Shown here: positions 10,133-24,924 of the stretch, in pieces
Layout: the number at the start of each line of letters is the position of its first letter
Numbering within the stretch: the stretch's first letter is position 1
Assembly (NCBI GenBank): GCA_002269645.1
Contig: NIVC01004061.1
Coordinates: 1-36,698, forward strand
Length of the DNA: 36,698 nt
Direction: 5' to 3'
Source: Macrostomum lignano
Taxonomy: Eukaryota
Made by a program: the position numbers and the translations under genes
The notes under the pieces: model-generated
What the model saw: the letters and a program-made list of their open reading frames with translations, nothing else
Told to the model about the DNA's origin: nothing
Database searches by the model: none

Positions 10133-11372
10133 GCAACTCCCCACTCTGCTGCAACTCCCTCCCCACTCTGCTGCAACTCCCTCCCCACTCTGCTGCAACT
10201 CCCTCCCCCACTCTGCTGCAACTCCCTCCCCCACTCTGCTGCAACTCCCTCCCCCACTCTGCTGCAACTCCCTCCCCCACTCTGCTGCAACTCCCTCCCC
10301 CACTCTGCTGCAACTCCCTCCCCACTCTGCTGCAACTCCCCACTCTGCTGCAACTCCCTCCCCCACTCTGCTGCAACTTTCTCCCCACTCTGCTGCAACT
10401 CCCTCCCCCACTCTGCTGCAACTCCCTCCCCACTCTGCTGCAACTCCCTCCCCCACTCTGCTGCAACTCCCTCCCCCACTCTGCTGCAACTCCCTCCCCA
10501 CTCTGCTGCAACTCCCTCCCCACTCTGCTGCAACTCCCTCCCCACTCTGCTGCAACTCCCTCCCCACTCTGCTGCAACTCCCTCCCCACTCTGCTGCAAC
10601 TCCCCACTCTGCTGCAACTCCCTCCCCCACTCTGCTGCAACTCCCTCCCCCACTCTGCTGCAACTCCCTCCCCACTCTGCTGCAACTCCCTCCCCCACTC
10701 TGCTGCAACTCCCTCCCCCTCTGCTGCAACTCCCTCCCCCACTCTGCTGCAACTCCCTCCCCCACTCTGCTGCAACTCCCTCCCCCACTCTGCTGCAACT
10801 CCCTCCCCCACTCTGCTGCAACTCCCTCCCCCACTCTGCTGCAACTCCCTCCCCCACTCTGCTGCAACTCCCTCCCCCACTCTGCTGCAACTCCCTCCCC
10901 CACTCTGCTGCAACTCCCTCCCCCACTCTGCTGCAACTCCCTCCCCCACTCTGCTGCAACTCCCTCCTCACTATGCTGTAACTCCCTCCCCACAACTCTC
11001 TCCCACAACTCTCTCCCACAACTCTCTCCCACAACTCTCTCCCACAACTCTCTCCCACAACTCTCTCCCACAACTCTCTCCCACAACTCTCTCCCACAAC
11101 TCTCTCCCACAACTCTCTCCCACAACTCTCTCCCACAACTCTCTCCCACAACTCTCTCCCACAACTCTCTCCCACAACTCTCTCCCACAACTCTCTCCCA
11201 CAACTCTCTCCCACAACTCTCTCCCACAACTCTCTCCCACAACTCTCTCTCACAACTCTCTCCCACAACTCTCTCCCACAAATCTCTCCCACAACTCTCT
11301 CCCACAACTCTCTCCCACAACTCTCTCCCACAACTCTCTCCCACAACTCTCTCCCACAACTCTCTCCCACTC
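10133..11372. repeat. Compound C-rich minisatellite: ~22-23-bp CTCCCTCCCCCACTCTGCTGCAA (to ~10975), then 13-bp CTCTCTCCCACAA
   Basis: Two abutting arrays sharing CAACTC; source of the 300-556 aa pseudo-ORFs in several frames. Confidence 0.95.
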
Positions 11373-11449
11373 TCCAGCACCCGCAAAGCAGCTGCCCCCC
11401 TCGTCAAGGCCCTCGGACACAAATCAGGACTCGGCACGAAGCCCCTTGA

Positions 11450-11551
<102 letters not shown>

Positions 11552-12219
11552 TAATTGTCCCTGGGGAGCGGAGCCTTCCCAATGTATTTGCCTGGCTAAG
11601 TTCGAACCAATCTAACCGTCCTTCGAACACGATTCGAAGAAGCAATGAGAAGAAGAAGCTGGCGGAGCGCAGACGGAGCGGAGAAAGAAACCTTGTCACG
11701 AAGGGAGGCGGCGGCCCAACTCTCTCTCGCCGCCGGAGCAGCCCCCGGCGGACACGATTTCCCTAGGAGAAATCCTCTCAACTCTCTATTCATCCTCTGT
11801 TCCCCGTTTTTTTCTCAATCCCCTTCCTTTCGCGCCCCCTCCCCAAACCCAGTCGCCGAAGCCCCTCCTTAGTTGCAGGAGAAAAAGGAAAAAGTTGAGG
11901 CCGGCTGCCCCCCTCTTCGCAACCCGAACCCCCCCCCCCATCATAATTGGGCCCAGGCCGCTTTCCCCGGTTGATCACGACTGCCCGCCGCTGCTGACTC
12001 GAGGTTTAGAGAGGGAGGGAGAGCCGGCCGGGTGAGAGATCCCCAGTTAACCTCTCCTCCCCTCTCCTCCTGGTCGCACGCGAATCTCATCTTATAGCCA
12101 CAGTCCTTGGTGCGACCGCTGCCCGCCCCCCACCCGGTTCGTGTCCATCCGGCATCGCCGTCTCCCTTCAATCCTAATCGCCTGATTAGGCTTCAGTTTA
12201 CTGCACGCTGGTTTAAAGT

Positions 12220-12221
<2 letters not shown>

Positions 12222-12291
<70 letters not shown>
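12222..12291. repeat. (GA)n microsatellite
   Basis: Pure dinucleotide run. Confidence 0.97.
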
Positions 12292-12294
<3 letters not shown>

Positions 12295-12316
12295 GCCGGG
12301 TAGCCAAGAACTATAG

Positions 12317-12451
<135 letters not shown>

Positions 12452-13484
12452 TAAATTCCTTTAAAGTTATGGATTCCAACCTCGGCCAGACTTTCCCAAT
12501 GGCTGCACCAGCCCAGCTGAAAATGATGAGGCAATACGCAATAGTGCCGAGATTTCACCTGCCGGCATGGCCCAATCGAACTTGTAGTGTTTTTTCTCAC
12601 AGAAATATAGAAAGGAGTGTTCGGGCGGGGTGGGAGTTTGGCAGGGGAAGAGATTAGGGGCCTCAGCATTTTCGGATGCTGCTGGCAACAACAGATCCGC
12701 ATCCTACCCCCCCCTCACATTGGCGCCATTCCTTTCCGTGCTGGGCAAATCAATAAATTACAAAGGGATTACAGCCGTTCGTCACTGCCTGATACAGGAA
12801 TATGCATGGAAATACTTCATGGAAATATTCCTTTCTATCTTTCGCCGCTGAGAATATTTCTGAAGCGTTAGACAAATTTTCGAATGCTGGAACGTTGCTT
12901 TGTTGAACAAAAGCAACGGCAACTTTATGCCCAATTCTGCATCTCTGATTTTGCGCACCCTACAGTATTGTAGGCCGGTGTTTATTTATAGCCTACAGGC
13001 CTATGGCGGCGCAAAGGATCAAAGAGTATTGATTTCCTGAATCGCCAAAGGGAAGAGAGGCAGAGACACAGGCACAGATTGAATGCTTGAGGCTGGTCAG
13101 TGTCCCGTGTTTCTGAACGGTCGCGCGCATGATCTGCTTGGAGGAAGCCGAGAGCTCAAGGGAAAAACATCTCAGCTCCACCCCAAGCCTCATCATATGC
13201 AGAGGCTGGGCAAAGCAAGGAGAAATGATGAACTGCCTCGCAGCCCGTGTTGACATTTGCTGTCAGAGAGATTCAAATAGAAGGTATCGGCTCGGTTTCT
13301 GCGAGCCAGGCCTTATCAGAGTCATGTTTGAGATCTCACCCGAAGGCTTGAGAGTTTGGAGGTGACAAACCGTAATCTCAAAATTTCCATTAAATTTCAT
13401 TAAATTTAATACTAGGCAATGTGGTTGCAAGCAGTATAATAATTAATTAAGTTCACCAAAGTTAAAGAAAGTTGATGTCGGTTA

Positions 13485-14380
13485 AATATTTGTGATATGC
13501 TTGTAGGTTTGTGATGTCCTTGTAGGTTTGTGATGTGCTTGTAGGTTCGTGATGTGCTAGTAGGTTTGTGATGTGCTTGTAGGTTTGTGATGTGCTTGTA
13601 GGTTCGTGATGTGCTAGTAGGTTTGTGATGTGCTTGTAGGTTTGTGATGTGCTAGTAGGTTTGTGATGTGCTTGTAGGTTTGTGATGTGCTTGTAGTTTT
13701 GTGATGTGCTAGTAGGTTTGTGATGTGCTTGTAGGTTCGTGATGTGCTAGTAGGTTTGTGATGTGCTTGTAGGTTTGTGATGTGCTTGTAGGTTCGTGAT
13801 GTGCTAGTAGGTTCGTGATGTGCTAGTAGGTTTGTGATGTGCTAGTAGGTTTGTGATGTGCTTGTAGGTTTGTGATGTGCTTGTAGGTTTGTGATGTGCT
13901 TGTAGGTTTGTGATGTGCTAGTAGGTTTGTGATGTGCTTGTAGGTTTGTGATGTGCTTGTAGGTTCGTGATGTGCTTGTAGGTTTGTGATATGCTTTGTG
14001 ATGTGCTAGTAGGTTTGTGATGTGCTTGTAGGTTCGTGATGTGCTTGTAGGTTTGTGATATGCTTGTAGGTTTGTGATGTGCTTGTAGGTTCGTGATGTG
14101 CTTGTAGGTTTGTGATGTGCTTGTAGGTTTGTGATGTGCTAGTAGGTTTGTGATGTGCTAGTAGGTTTGTGATGTGCTTGTAGGTTTGTGATGTGCTTGT
14201 AGTTTTGTGATGTGCTAGTAGGTTTGTGATGTGCTTGTAGGTTCGTGATGTGCTAGTAGGTTTGTGATGTGCTTGTAGGTTTGTGATGTGCTTGTAGGTT
14301 CGTGATGTGCTTGTAGGTTTGTGATGTGCTTGTAGGTTTGTGATATGCTTGTAGGTTTGTGATGTGCTTGTAGATTTGTG
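13485..14380. repeat. Minisatellite, 19-bp unit GTGATGTGCT(T/A)GTAGGTT(T/C)
   Basis: Highly homogeneous tandem array with AT-rich flanks. Confidence 0.97.
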
Positions 14381-16695
14381 ATTTTGTTGGCTCTTTTAAG
14401 ATTTTGAGAAGTTTAGACTTCATGATATTAGATTATAGTTTAGTTCAGATATTGTTAAATTGTTGTGGGAAGACCAGCACGTCCTTACCTGCCTCGCAGA
14501 ATAGTACAGGTGGTTCGCCTACTTCAAACAGTTCACTCTGCTCTGCCTGTAGAAACTTGCACATAATAAATAAGACACAATCCAGACACTGTCACCATGG
14601 CGACAAGGACCTGCTGTCCTGTGCCCCCCTTCATTCGATTTCGGTTTAATTTCGCCAGCAGAGCGGACTTCCGACTTTCTGTTGCTAAATTTCTTGACAA
14701 GAAAAATTGGGCTCAACTTTCGCAGGTGGCAGTTGACGGTCACTGAGCCCCCCTGGCAAGCCTAGAATGCCCTGCTGTCTACAGCCCGTTAATATTTTTT
14801 CCTGTCCTACTGCAAAGACCGGCTCAGCCCTGTCTATCTTGTCTAGGACTACAGTTCTTCAAGCAAACAACATTAGGCCAGCCAGTATGACAGGGGCAAG
14901 AAGCGGTCAGACCCCGCCCCCCAGTGGCCATTGGGGTATTATTTTGCCTGCTTCTCATGTTTAGTGCCAACTAATGCCATTTGCATTTTGCTCTCCGCGG
15001 CCAGCTGTCCGAGGCTGCCAGTGGACAGAGAGAGACGCACACTCAGCACACAATAGGCCACTTTGGACTGCGTGACTATCTGTTAAATGTTTTCATTTCT
15101 TTACTAGCAGTAGAGCAGTTTGAATTTGCCACTCTAAATATAGTTGAATTCGTTGGGAAATAAGTCCGGACCAGCTCAGTTTTGAAGTCTCTCTCGATCT
15201 GTAGAAAAGTTTTTTGGGAAAGGAAATTGCGAGCAGTTTCAGCCCTTGAATGGAGCTGTAGTGCCAAGCTCTGTCAGATCTGACTGCAGACTGCCCGGGC
15301 CTGGTTGAGCTGCCCTGCCAGTGAGCTAAAGGCGAGTTTGTAAAGGAATTTCCTGCCTACGCGGAGGCAGAGAATCTGCAAGCCCTGAGCCTTTCTTACC
15401 CTTTAAAAAAGAGAGCTCAACTCCTGGTTCAGAGGCCGGCTTCCGCTATGATTGTATGGCACTGCGCCCAGCCACCCATAATTCAATCAGCATCCTTCTT
15501 ATTGACCTAAGTGATTGTATTTCGCGGCCGCTGGAGGCCCTGAGCTGGCCGCTGCTGCTTGTCCCTGATTGATGCTTTTCTATCGTCTGCTGGAACTCCA
15601 ACTTGCCTCTTTTTAGCCTTCAAAATGAAGAAGTTGAAGAACTACAGCAAGCGGGGTCTCCAAGTCCAACAAAACCCCCAACCAGCCAACCGCTCACGGC
15701 CTCCTCCTCTCAGCACCTTCCGTCCGTCTCTCCCAAGTCTTCTTCTCCTACTCATTCTTTCTCCCAAAGCCGTCTCCGGATCCCTGCTCAAGGCTTTGCC
15801 CCGGCCTCAACAACAATTGGAGCCCGGGCCCGCTGTGCTCCCGCCCTTGAGGCCCTGAGTTCCTTCTCCTCCTCTTCTGTCTCTCTATATAGAAATCAGC
15901 CCTGCCCTGTGCATGCAATGCGCCACCTTCCTGCGCCGGAGCCAACACGAGAGTTAAAAAGAGGGAGCATTCAAAAGTCAGAGCCAAGAATTATCAGCTC
16001 AAGCACACAGAGGCTTTTATCTATATATCGACGGCTTACAACAGCAGCTCTGCTTTTAGGCAAATAACTCACGAACAGGCACCCAGGCCGCCAGTCAGCC
16101 AGCACAACAACACCGCAGGGACCAAGTCACCTTAACTCTACTACTACTATAGAGCCCCTCCTAATAGCGGCCCCGGTTCTCTCCACTCGCCTCTTCTCAC
16201 CCCGCGCACCGAGGCCCAGCTTTGAGTGGCGCGCTGCAAGCAGAGGAGAACAGAATTAAGAATATTAGATAAGAAAGAGAAGACAGAAAAGAAGCGGGCC
16301 CCAAGCTCCGTAGCAGATTCGAGATCGCAGCGGAACACTCCACCGAGCAGCCAGAGAGCCGCCAGCCGCCTCAACCCCCGCCAGACCAGTTGACTCATCT
16401 ATACATAGCGCCAGCGATTGCCTCTGCTGCTTCGAAAGAAGATTTTTAGCCACTCCCGGCCCTGGCATTGTCACCGCTGAGACTTTTTATTGCCAAGTCC
16501 GAATTTCGATTAGTTTCAACTCAAGGCCAAGGGAATTCCTGCGCTGGCTAAAGCATCATATAAGTAGCTTATTTAGCCTGCATAAATAGTTGGTTGAGCA
16601 GCTGACAGACCGCGGCACAAATGTACACCACAGTAGCACCCAGCATGACTAGCTCAGCCTCCCTCATCACCAATTCGCTCTCTCCGTCTCAACAG

Positions 16696-16791
16696 CAGCA
16701 GCTGCAGAAGACCAAGAAGGTGTTCGTTGGTGGCATCAGCAACAACACCACAGCTGAGGAGCTCAAGGAGTACTTCTGCAAGTACGGCAAG
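16696..16791 (+). CDS. msi: Musashi exon 6, RRM2 start ([32 protein letters not shown])
   Basis: Acceptor CTCTCTCCGTCTCAACAG| with tandem CAG alternatives (exon starts 16696/16699/16702), AAG|GTGAGC donor. Exact 5' boundary uncertain. Confidence 0.9.
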
Positions 16792-16824
16792 GTGAGCGCA
16801 CAATTCCTTGTACAGCTCTGTTGC

Positions 16825-16834
16825 TATCTATCTG

Positions 16835-16869
<35 letters not shown>

Positions 16870-17619
16870 GGGAGCACGAGAAATGCCCGCAGACGAATTG
16901 CCCGCCGAGATTTGCCCGCAGGAGATTTGCCCGTGGAGATTTGCCCGCCGAGCTTTTCCCGCGGAGATTTGCCCGCAGTGCATTTTGCCCGTGAGCGAAT
17001 TGCCCGTGGAGATTTGCCCGCCGAGAATTGCCCGCCGAGATTTGCCCGCAGTGCAATTTTCCCGCGAGTGAATTGCCCGCGAGCGAATTGCCCGCCGAGT
17101 TTTTTCCCGCCGAGGTTTGCCCGCAATCCTTTTTTTGCAGCGCATTTGGCAGCTAGATTCTGTCCATACATTGCTCCCCCCAAAATATGCATTTGATATG
17201 CAGTTACTATCAAAACGTTTTGATCGTGTAAATCTCTTTATTAAGATTAACACGTACTAAGCATTGGGAAGGCAATGCAGACAAAATCTGCCGCGTCGCT
17301 AAATGCGCTGCAGGAAAAAGGATTGCGGGAAAATCTCGGCGGGAAAAAACTCGGCGGGCAATTCGCTCGCGGGCAATTCACTCGCGGGAAAATTGCACTG
17401 CGGGCAAATCTCCGCGGGAAAAGCTCGGCGGGCAAATCTCCACGGGCAAATCTCCTGCGGGCAAAATGCACTGCGGGCAAATCTCCGCGGGAAAAGCTCG
17501 GCGGGCAAATCTCCACGGGCAAATCTCCTGCGGGCAAATCTCGGCGGGCAATTCGTCTGCGGGCAATTCTCATGGACCCATCTATCTATCTATCTATCTA
17601 TCTATCTATGTATTTATCG

Positions 17620-17677
<58 letters not shown>

Positions 17678-17687
17678 GTATTTATCG

Positions 17688-17725
<38 letters not shown>

Positions 17726-17788
17726 GTATTTATCGATCTATCTATCTATCTATCTATCGATCTATCTATCTATTTATCGATCTATCTA
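16825..17788. repeat. (ATCT)n microsatellite split in two (16825-16869 and 17580-17788) by a foldback insertion
   Basis: TATC runs on both sides of the 16870-17579 element. Confidence 0.9.
16870..17579. mobile_element. Non-autonomous foldback/MULE-like DNA element, ~300-bp TIRs built from ~15-bp ATTTGCCCG subrepeats, ~100-bp spacer
   Basis: The left end GGGAGCACGAGAAATGCCCGCAGACGAATTGCCCGCCGAGATTTGCCCGCAGGAG... matches the reverse complement of the right end GGGTCCATGAGAATTGCCCGCAGACGAATTGCCCGCCGAGATTTGCCCGCAGGAG.... Inverted similarity continues to ~17175/17273. No transposase. Superfamily uncertain because the TSD is hidden in the microsatellite. Confidence 0.8.
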
Positions 17789-18879
17789 TAGACAGATTAG
17801 CTCGATGCAATAAATATCAGTTGAGAATTATTCACTGAAAGTTATACGAGTATGAGACTGACCTCCATCTCTTAAGCCCCAAAAAATTGTCAGTCAAGCC
17901 CATCGCACCTGTCCGTCTCTGAGCCTTCATTAATCGGCCCTTCATCATCTCGCGTCCAGCCTCCCTCGCCTCTATTCAAATAAAATGCGTCATTTGCTCT
18001 TCACACACGCAGAGAAAAAGAGGCTGGAAAGCGGTGCGGGGAGGGAGGGGCTGGCAGACAGACAGCAGCCATGCCAGGCGCGCCTCGAAAACTGCAGAAC
18101 TCCAGCAGACCACCTGTGGTTAGAGATGTGATGAATCCGAATAGCCACCGCTTGCCTACCGGGCCCAGATGAAAGCTCTCCCACCTCCCCTGGCGAGCGC
18201 GCGTGTTTGCCCCGACCTTTCCCTGCCACTTGGCCTGGCTGGCTGGCTGAGAGGCCAAGGTGCCTCTCTATTCAAGAGTGAACAATGATTGCTGCTGCAG
18301 CTTCTTTTGCTGCTTCTCTCCATCCAGCTCACCCACTGTCAGTCCGATGCCCTCCTCCTGTCTATCTTTCTTTTTTGCCTGTCCGTCTGTCTGTCCCTAT
18401 AGAACCGCATGGCTAATTGAATTGAAGCCGTGAAGTGGCCGGTCTGATGTGAAATTGGCAGCTCTCCTCCCCTCCTCTCTCTACTCAGTCAGTAGATTTC
18501 TCAGAATTTACTATAATTTGCTCCATGCAGTTTAAAGCCCGCTTGTTCAAGTTCTATCTCAAACTCTCTTAGTCATGTGTTTGGCCTTTCATTCTCATTG
18601 GCAGTTATGCGATCCGGTAGAAAAGTCTAAAGTTAAGTAGACTTGGTAGCGGTTAGTATGCATCTCCAATAAGCTCACACTGCTGTGTTGGGATAGCGGC
18701 TTCGAGCTGCGGTAGAAATAACAGGGGTGGGAGTTGCGACCCCCCACAGAGCCAGCATTTCTATAATCTCCCCTCTCCTAGAAGCAATCTTCATATGTCA
18801 GTCCGGGAAACTTCTGCAAAGCGGTTCATCTTCTCTGGCTATGAGATCTCTAAGTCTCTCTCAGTCTCCTTTGCCACGA

Positions 18880-19402
18880 GGATTCACACCCATGAGGATT
18901 CACACCCTTGAGGACTCACACCCTTGAGGACTCACACCCTTGAGGACTCACACCCTTGAGGACTCACACCCTTGAGGACTCACACCCTTGAGGACTCACA
19001 CCCTTGACGACTCACACCCATGAGGATTCACACCCATGAGGATTCACACGCACAAGGATTCACACCCACGAGAATTCACACCCATGAGGATTCACATCCA
19101 TGAGGATTCACACACACGAGGATTCACACCCATGAGGATTCACACCCACGAGGATTCACACCCATGAGGATTCACACCCATGAGGATTCACACACACAAG
19201 GATTCACACGCACGAGGATTCACACGCACAAGGATTCACACGCACGAGAATTCACACCCATGAGGATTCACATCCATGAGGATTCACACACGAGCATTCA
19301 CACCCATGAGGATTCACATCCATGAGGATTCACACACACGAGCATTCACACCCATGAGGATTCACATCCATGAGGATTCACACACATGAGGATTCACACC
19401 CC
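18880..19402. repeat. Minisatellite, 16-bp unit GAGGA(T/C)TCACACCC(A/T)T
   Basis: Visible tandem array with two sub-variants. Confidence 0.93.
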
Positions 19403-19434
19403 TGAGGGCCAACCCCCAAGACACACAGAGTGTA

Positions 19435-19494
19435 CATGCCTGACGATTAGAAAGTCAGGGCCGCTGTGCACCCTGTGTGAGCCTGTGCCTGCGT
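19435..19494 (+). repeat. Dispersed ~60-bp repeat module (copy 1; copy 2 at 34462-34521)
   Basis: CATGCCTGACGATTAGAAAGTCAGGGCCGCTGTGCACCCTGTGTGAGCCTGTGCCTGCGT; 53/60 identical to copy 2 by manual alignment. Confidence 0.85.
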
Positions 19495-20339
19495 ACAGTA
19501 TTGGAGCACTTGCATGTGCTCAGGAATCAGCGCTAGTTGTCGGACGATATCGCCGATATGCCCCTCAGTCTCCGGCCAGACAGAACTCTGCAAACGGCAT
19601 CAGCCGTCGCAAACCTTGATAAGTTTACTATAATGCTGAGTGTATCTCTTCCTTGACTTCATTCATACGCTCGTATTATTCATTCTTGATTCACTGACGC
19701 CTTACGCCAAAAAATGAGTAAAACTGTAGGCTAGCTGCCAAGGCTGTGTAGGCTTAGCGGAAGGCGATGTGTATACTAGAGTGGAACCTCCCGGGTGTTA
19801 GGGAAAAGCTTTTCCCGAGCGCTCTAGCAAGGAGGGCTGATTGGGGAAACAGCTTCGCTAGTTTTACTAAAAGGGTGAGGCAGGATTGGGGTGGCTGGCC
19901 TTCGATCCCCTCAGCAACTCCGTAGAGAAATTGGAGGTCCGAGAAACGCGAAACTACCTCAGGTACACACTGGGGATGCTTGGGGGTAAGGGGGGCCAGC
20001 CAGAAAATATCTTAGTTGAGGCAGCTGGGGCGGATGGTTAAAAGCAGAATGCTTTGCAAATCTAGTTTGAAGCAGCGGTCTTTCAGTGAGGGCAGTTATG
20101 CAAATTTGTGTCCCTCCCCCCGAGCCTCGGCACCTCTTGCCTCCAAGTCGCCCCTGAACTTGTCTTGCGCCTAAATGTGCTGTCCAACTTGGGGATAATT
20201 GGATTTTCACTTCCCATATTCCGGCTTCATACTGATTAGCTTTGTTCCCCGCTGCTCCGCCCGCGGCGGGAGTGACTAAAGACTGGAAATGGCGAAAGAT
20301 GGCGCTGTTACTAGGCCTTATAATGAGTTGTAGAATGAG

Positions 20340-21332
20340 TTCGTGACTGGATTCATGAGTTCATGAGTGAGTTTATGAATGAGGTTATGAGTGAGTTTAT
20401 GAATGAGGTTATGAGTGAGTTTATGAGTGAGTTTATGAGTGAGTTCATGAGTGAGTTTATGAGTGAGTTTATGAATGAGGTTATGAGTGAGTTTATGAGT
20501 GAGTTCATGAGTGAGTTTATGAATGAGGTTATGAGTGAGTTTATGAGTGAGTTTATGAGTGAGTTCATGAGTGAGTTTATGAGTAAGTTTATGAGTGAGT
20601 TTATGAATGAGGTTATGAGTGAGTTCATGAGTGAGTTTATGAGTGAGTTTATGAGTGAGTTTATGAGTGAGTTTATGAATGAGGTTATGAGTGAGTTTAT
20701 GAGTGAGTTTGTGAGTGAGTTCATGAGTGAGTTTATGAGTAAGTTTATGAGTGAGTTTATGAATGAGGTTATGAGTGAGTTTATGAGTGAGTTCATGAGT
20801 GAGTTTATGAATGATTTTAATGAGTGAGTTCATGAGTGAGTTCATGAGTGAGTTTGTGAGTGAGTTCATGAGTGAGTCTGTGAGTGAGTTTATGAGTGAG
20901 TTTGTGAGTGAGTTTGTGAGTGAGTTCATGAGTGAGTTTGTGAGTGAGTTCATGAGTGAGTTTGTGAGTGAGTTCATGAGTGAGCCTGTGAGTGAGTTTA
21001 TGAGTGAGTTTGTGAGTGAGTTTGTGAGTGAGTTCATGAGTGAGTTTGTGAGTGAGTTCATGAGTGAGTTTGTGAGTGAGTTCATGAGTGAGTTTGTGAG
21101 TGAGTTCATGAGTGAGTTCATGAGTGAGTTTGTGAGTGAGTTCATGAGTGAGTTCATGAGTGAGTTTGTGAGTGAGTTCATGAGTGAGTTTGTAAGTGAG
21201 TTCATGAGTGAGTTTGTGAGTGAGTTCATGAGTGAGTTTGTGAGTGATTTCACGAGTGAGTTTGTGAGTGAGTTCATGAGTGAGTTTGTAAGTGAGTTCA
21301 TGAGTGAGTTTGTGAGTGAGTTCACGAGTGAT
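20340..21332. repeat. Minisatellite, 12-bp unit (A/G)TGAGTGAGTT(T/C)
   Basis: Visible tandem array; gives the MSEF/NSLT pseudo-ORFs. Confidence 0.97.
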
Positions 21333-21442
21333 TAAATTATTGAGTTGAAAGCAGATTTTCTGGTTGAACTCTAGAGTTTGAGCGAATGACCAACGGACTG
21401 TCACAGTTCAAGCCAAAGTATTTCTGCAACCAAACGCTTCAG

Positions 21443-21662
21443 ATCGAGAGCTGCGAGCTGATGATGGACAAGACGACCAATCGGCACAGGGGATTCGGCT
21501 TCGTGACATTCGAGATGGAGGAATCGGCCGATAAAGTGTGCGAAATTCATTTCCACGAGCTCAACAGCAAAATGGTTGAGTGCAAGAAGGCACTGCCGAA
21601 GGAGGTCATGATGCCCTATACAAGCATCAAGGGCCGCGGCGGAGCGCTGCTCAGACCTCTGA
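21443..21662 (+). CDS. msi: Musashi exon 7, RRM2 core ([73 protein letters not shown])
   Basis: CGCTTCAG| acceptor, A|GTAAGC donor at 21663. [16 protein letters not shown] and [23 protein letters not shown] are diagnostic for Musashi. Confidence 0.97.
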
Positions 21663-21671
21663 GTAAGCTAT

Positions 21672-22835
<1,164 letters not shown>

Positions 22836-23864
22836 GGATTTCGGGTTGATACTGTGATCTGAACTAGGAGTGGGATCTAAGCCCGGGTTAGGATAATCTG
22901 ATTGGGATGAAGCCAGCAGCCGGATTCCCAGTCACTTTGGCATTGGCCAATCTCCTAATGAAACACGCGCTCGCAAAAACTCCCTGCCTTCAATCAGGCC
23001 CGTCAGTCAGGCCAGCCCGAGGTGATGGAGGAGCTAGTTGGGGGGGGAGGCTGGGCGGCCGTGAAAATCCCACACCGATGAGGCACCCCGAAGCGCACGT
23101 GCGGAACAGCCGCGGGTCAGCCGCAAAGCCGCAGATCCTTTGCCAAGCCTTTCTCTCGCTGGCCAAGCAAAAAAATGCCTTCCTGCGCACCTGCATAGCT
23201 ACACCTGATGGCAGAGACTCAGCCTTCCTGCCGGCCTGCTGCACCCCTGCTGGTCTTCTGCCTTCTTCTTTGCCTTCTTGCGCCGGGCCAGCCTCCGTCT
23301 CATTTCCCCCTTCCCCGCCCGCCGATGTGTGACGTCCGGAAGAAAAACCCGTGCAGCCTGCAACTTCTCTTCTCTCTCTCTCTCTCTCTCACTTCACCCT
23401 GACTTGCTGCATTTTTCTCACCTAGTTGGCAACTCTATACGCATTCAGTCCTAGCAACAGCCAGCACTATACAGGCCCCGCTCACCGCAACCTCGGTGCC
23501 TTGGTATCTATCTTATCTAGCTTGGCCAGCCAAGCGTAAGTGAAGCAAGGGACGCATCGCTGAAGATTATCTTGCAGCCCCGTGGCCTGGCAAGCTAAGC
23601 TGGGGGGTTCCTGTCTGTCCAGAGTGAGTCTTTCAGTGGGAAGCGAAAATAAATAGAATGTCAAATGAGGTACAAGGACCAGCGAGTGAGAGACTGCCTG
23701 CGAGGGCAATCGAAATTGGCTGGAAGGTCGTGGGGTCCGGCAAAATCGATCTGTACCTTAGTGAACAAATTTGTGCTGTGCGTATTAATATTTGAACGAG
23801 AAAAAACGGACACCCAATTTTATGGCGCTGCATTAAAGATATTATAGGCTGTACTGAAGACAAG

Positions 23865-24715
<851 letters not shown>

Positions 24716-24745
24716 TAAAACTGTTCATTTTGTTCCCATTCCCAG

Positions 24746-24784
24746 GGTACACTTATTCCGCACTACCAAAATGGCTTCCACTGA
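24746..24784 (+). CDS. msi: Musashi last coding exon (GTLIPHYQNGFH*)
   Basis: TTGTTCCCATTCCCAG| acceptor after an 87-nt intron; ends NGFH-TGA, matching the conserved Musashi terminus NGYH*. Confidence 0.9.
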   Translation, partial: GTLIPHYQNGFH

Positions 24785-24924
24785 CATGCGAAACCCGAGT
24801 TTCCTGGCGTCGTTCCGACGATTTTCTGCGATTAACAGCTTTTTGGTAAGTCAATTGCCTGCTAGTGCCTATTGCCTAGAAAGACAGGGGCTAGGTCATG
24901 GGGTGCGTGTCTGGAAAGGGAGTG

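Noticed and set aside
15603-16067. Ser/Pro-rich ORFs and CAAAATG context after a TTTTTAG in intron 5
   Set aside because: No recognisable homology, the phase does not fit the exon 5 donor, and open frames of this length are common in such C-rich sequence.
19801-19816. Perfect 16-bp palindrome GGGAAAAGCTTTTCCC
   Set aside because: Single occurrence with no associated element ends or recognisable motif; cannot be assigned a function.
20318-21404. NSLT/MSEF/HELT repeat ORFs
   Set aside because: Products of the 12-bp array; no splice or homology support.
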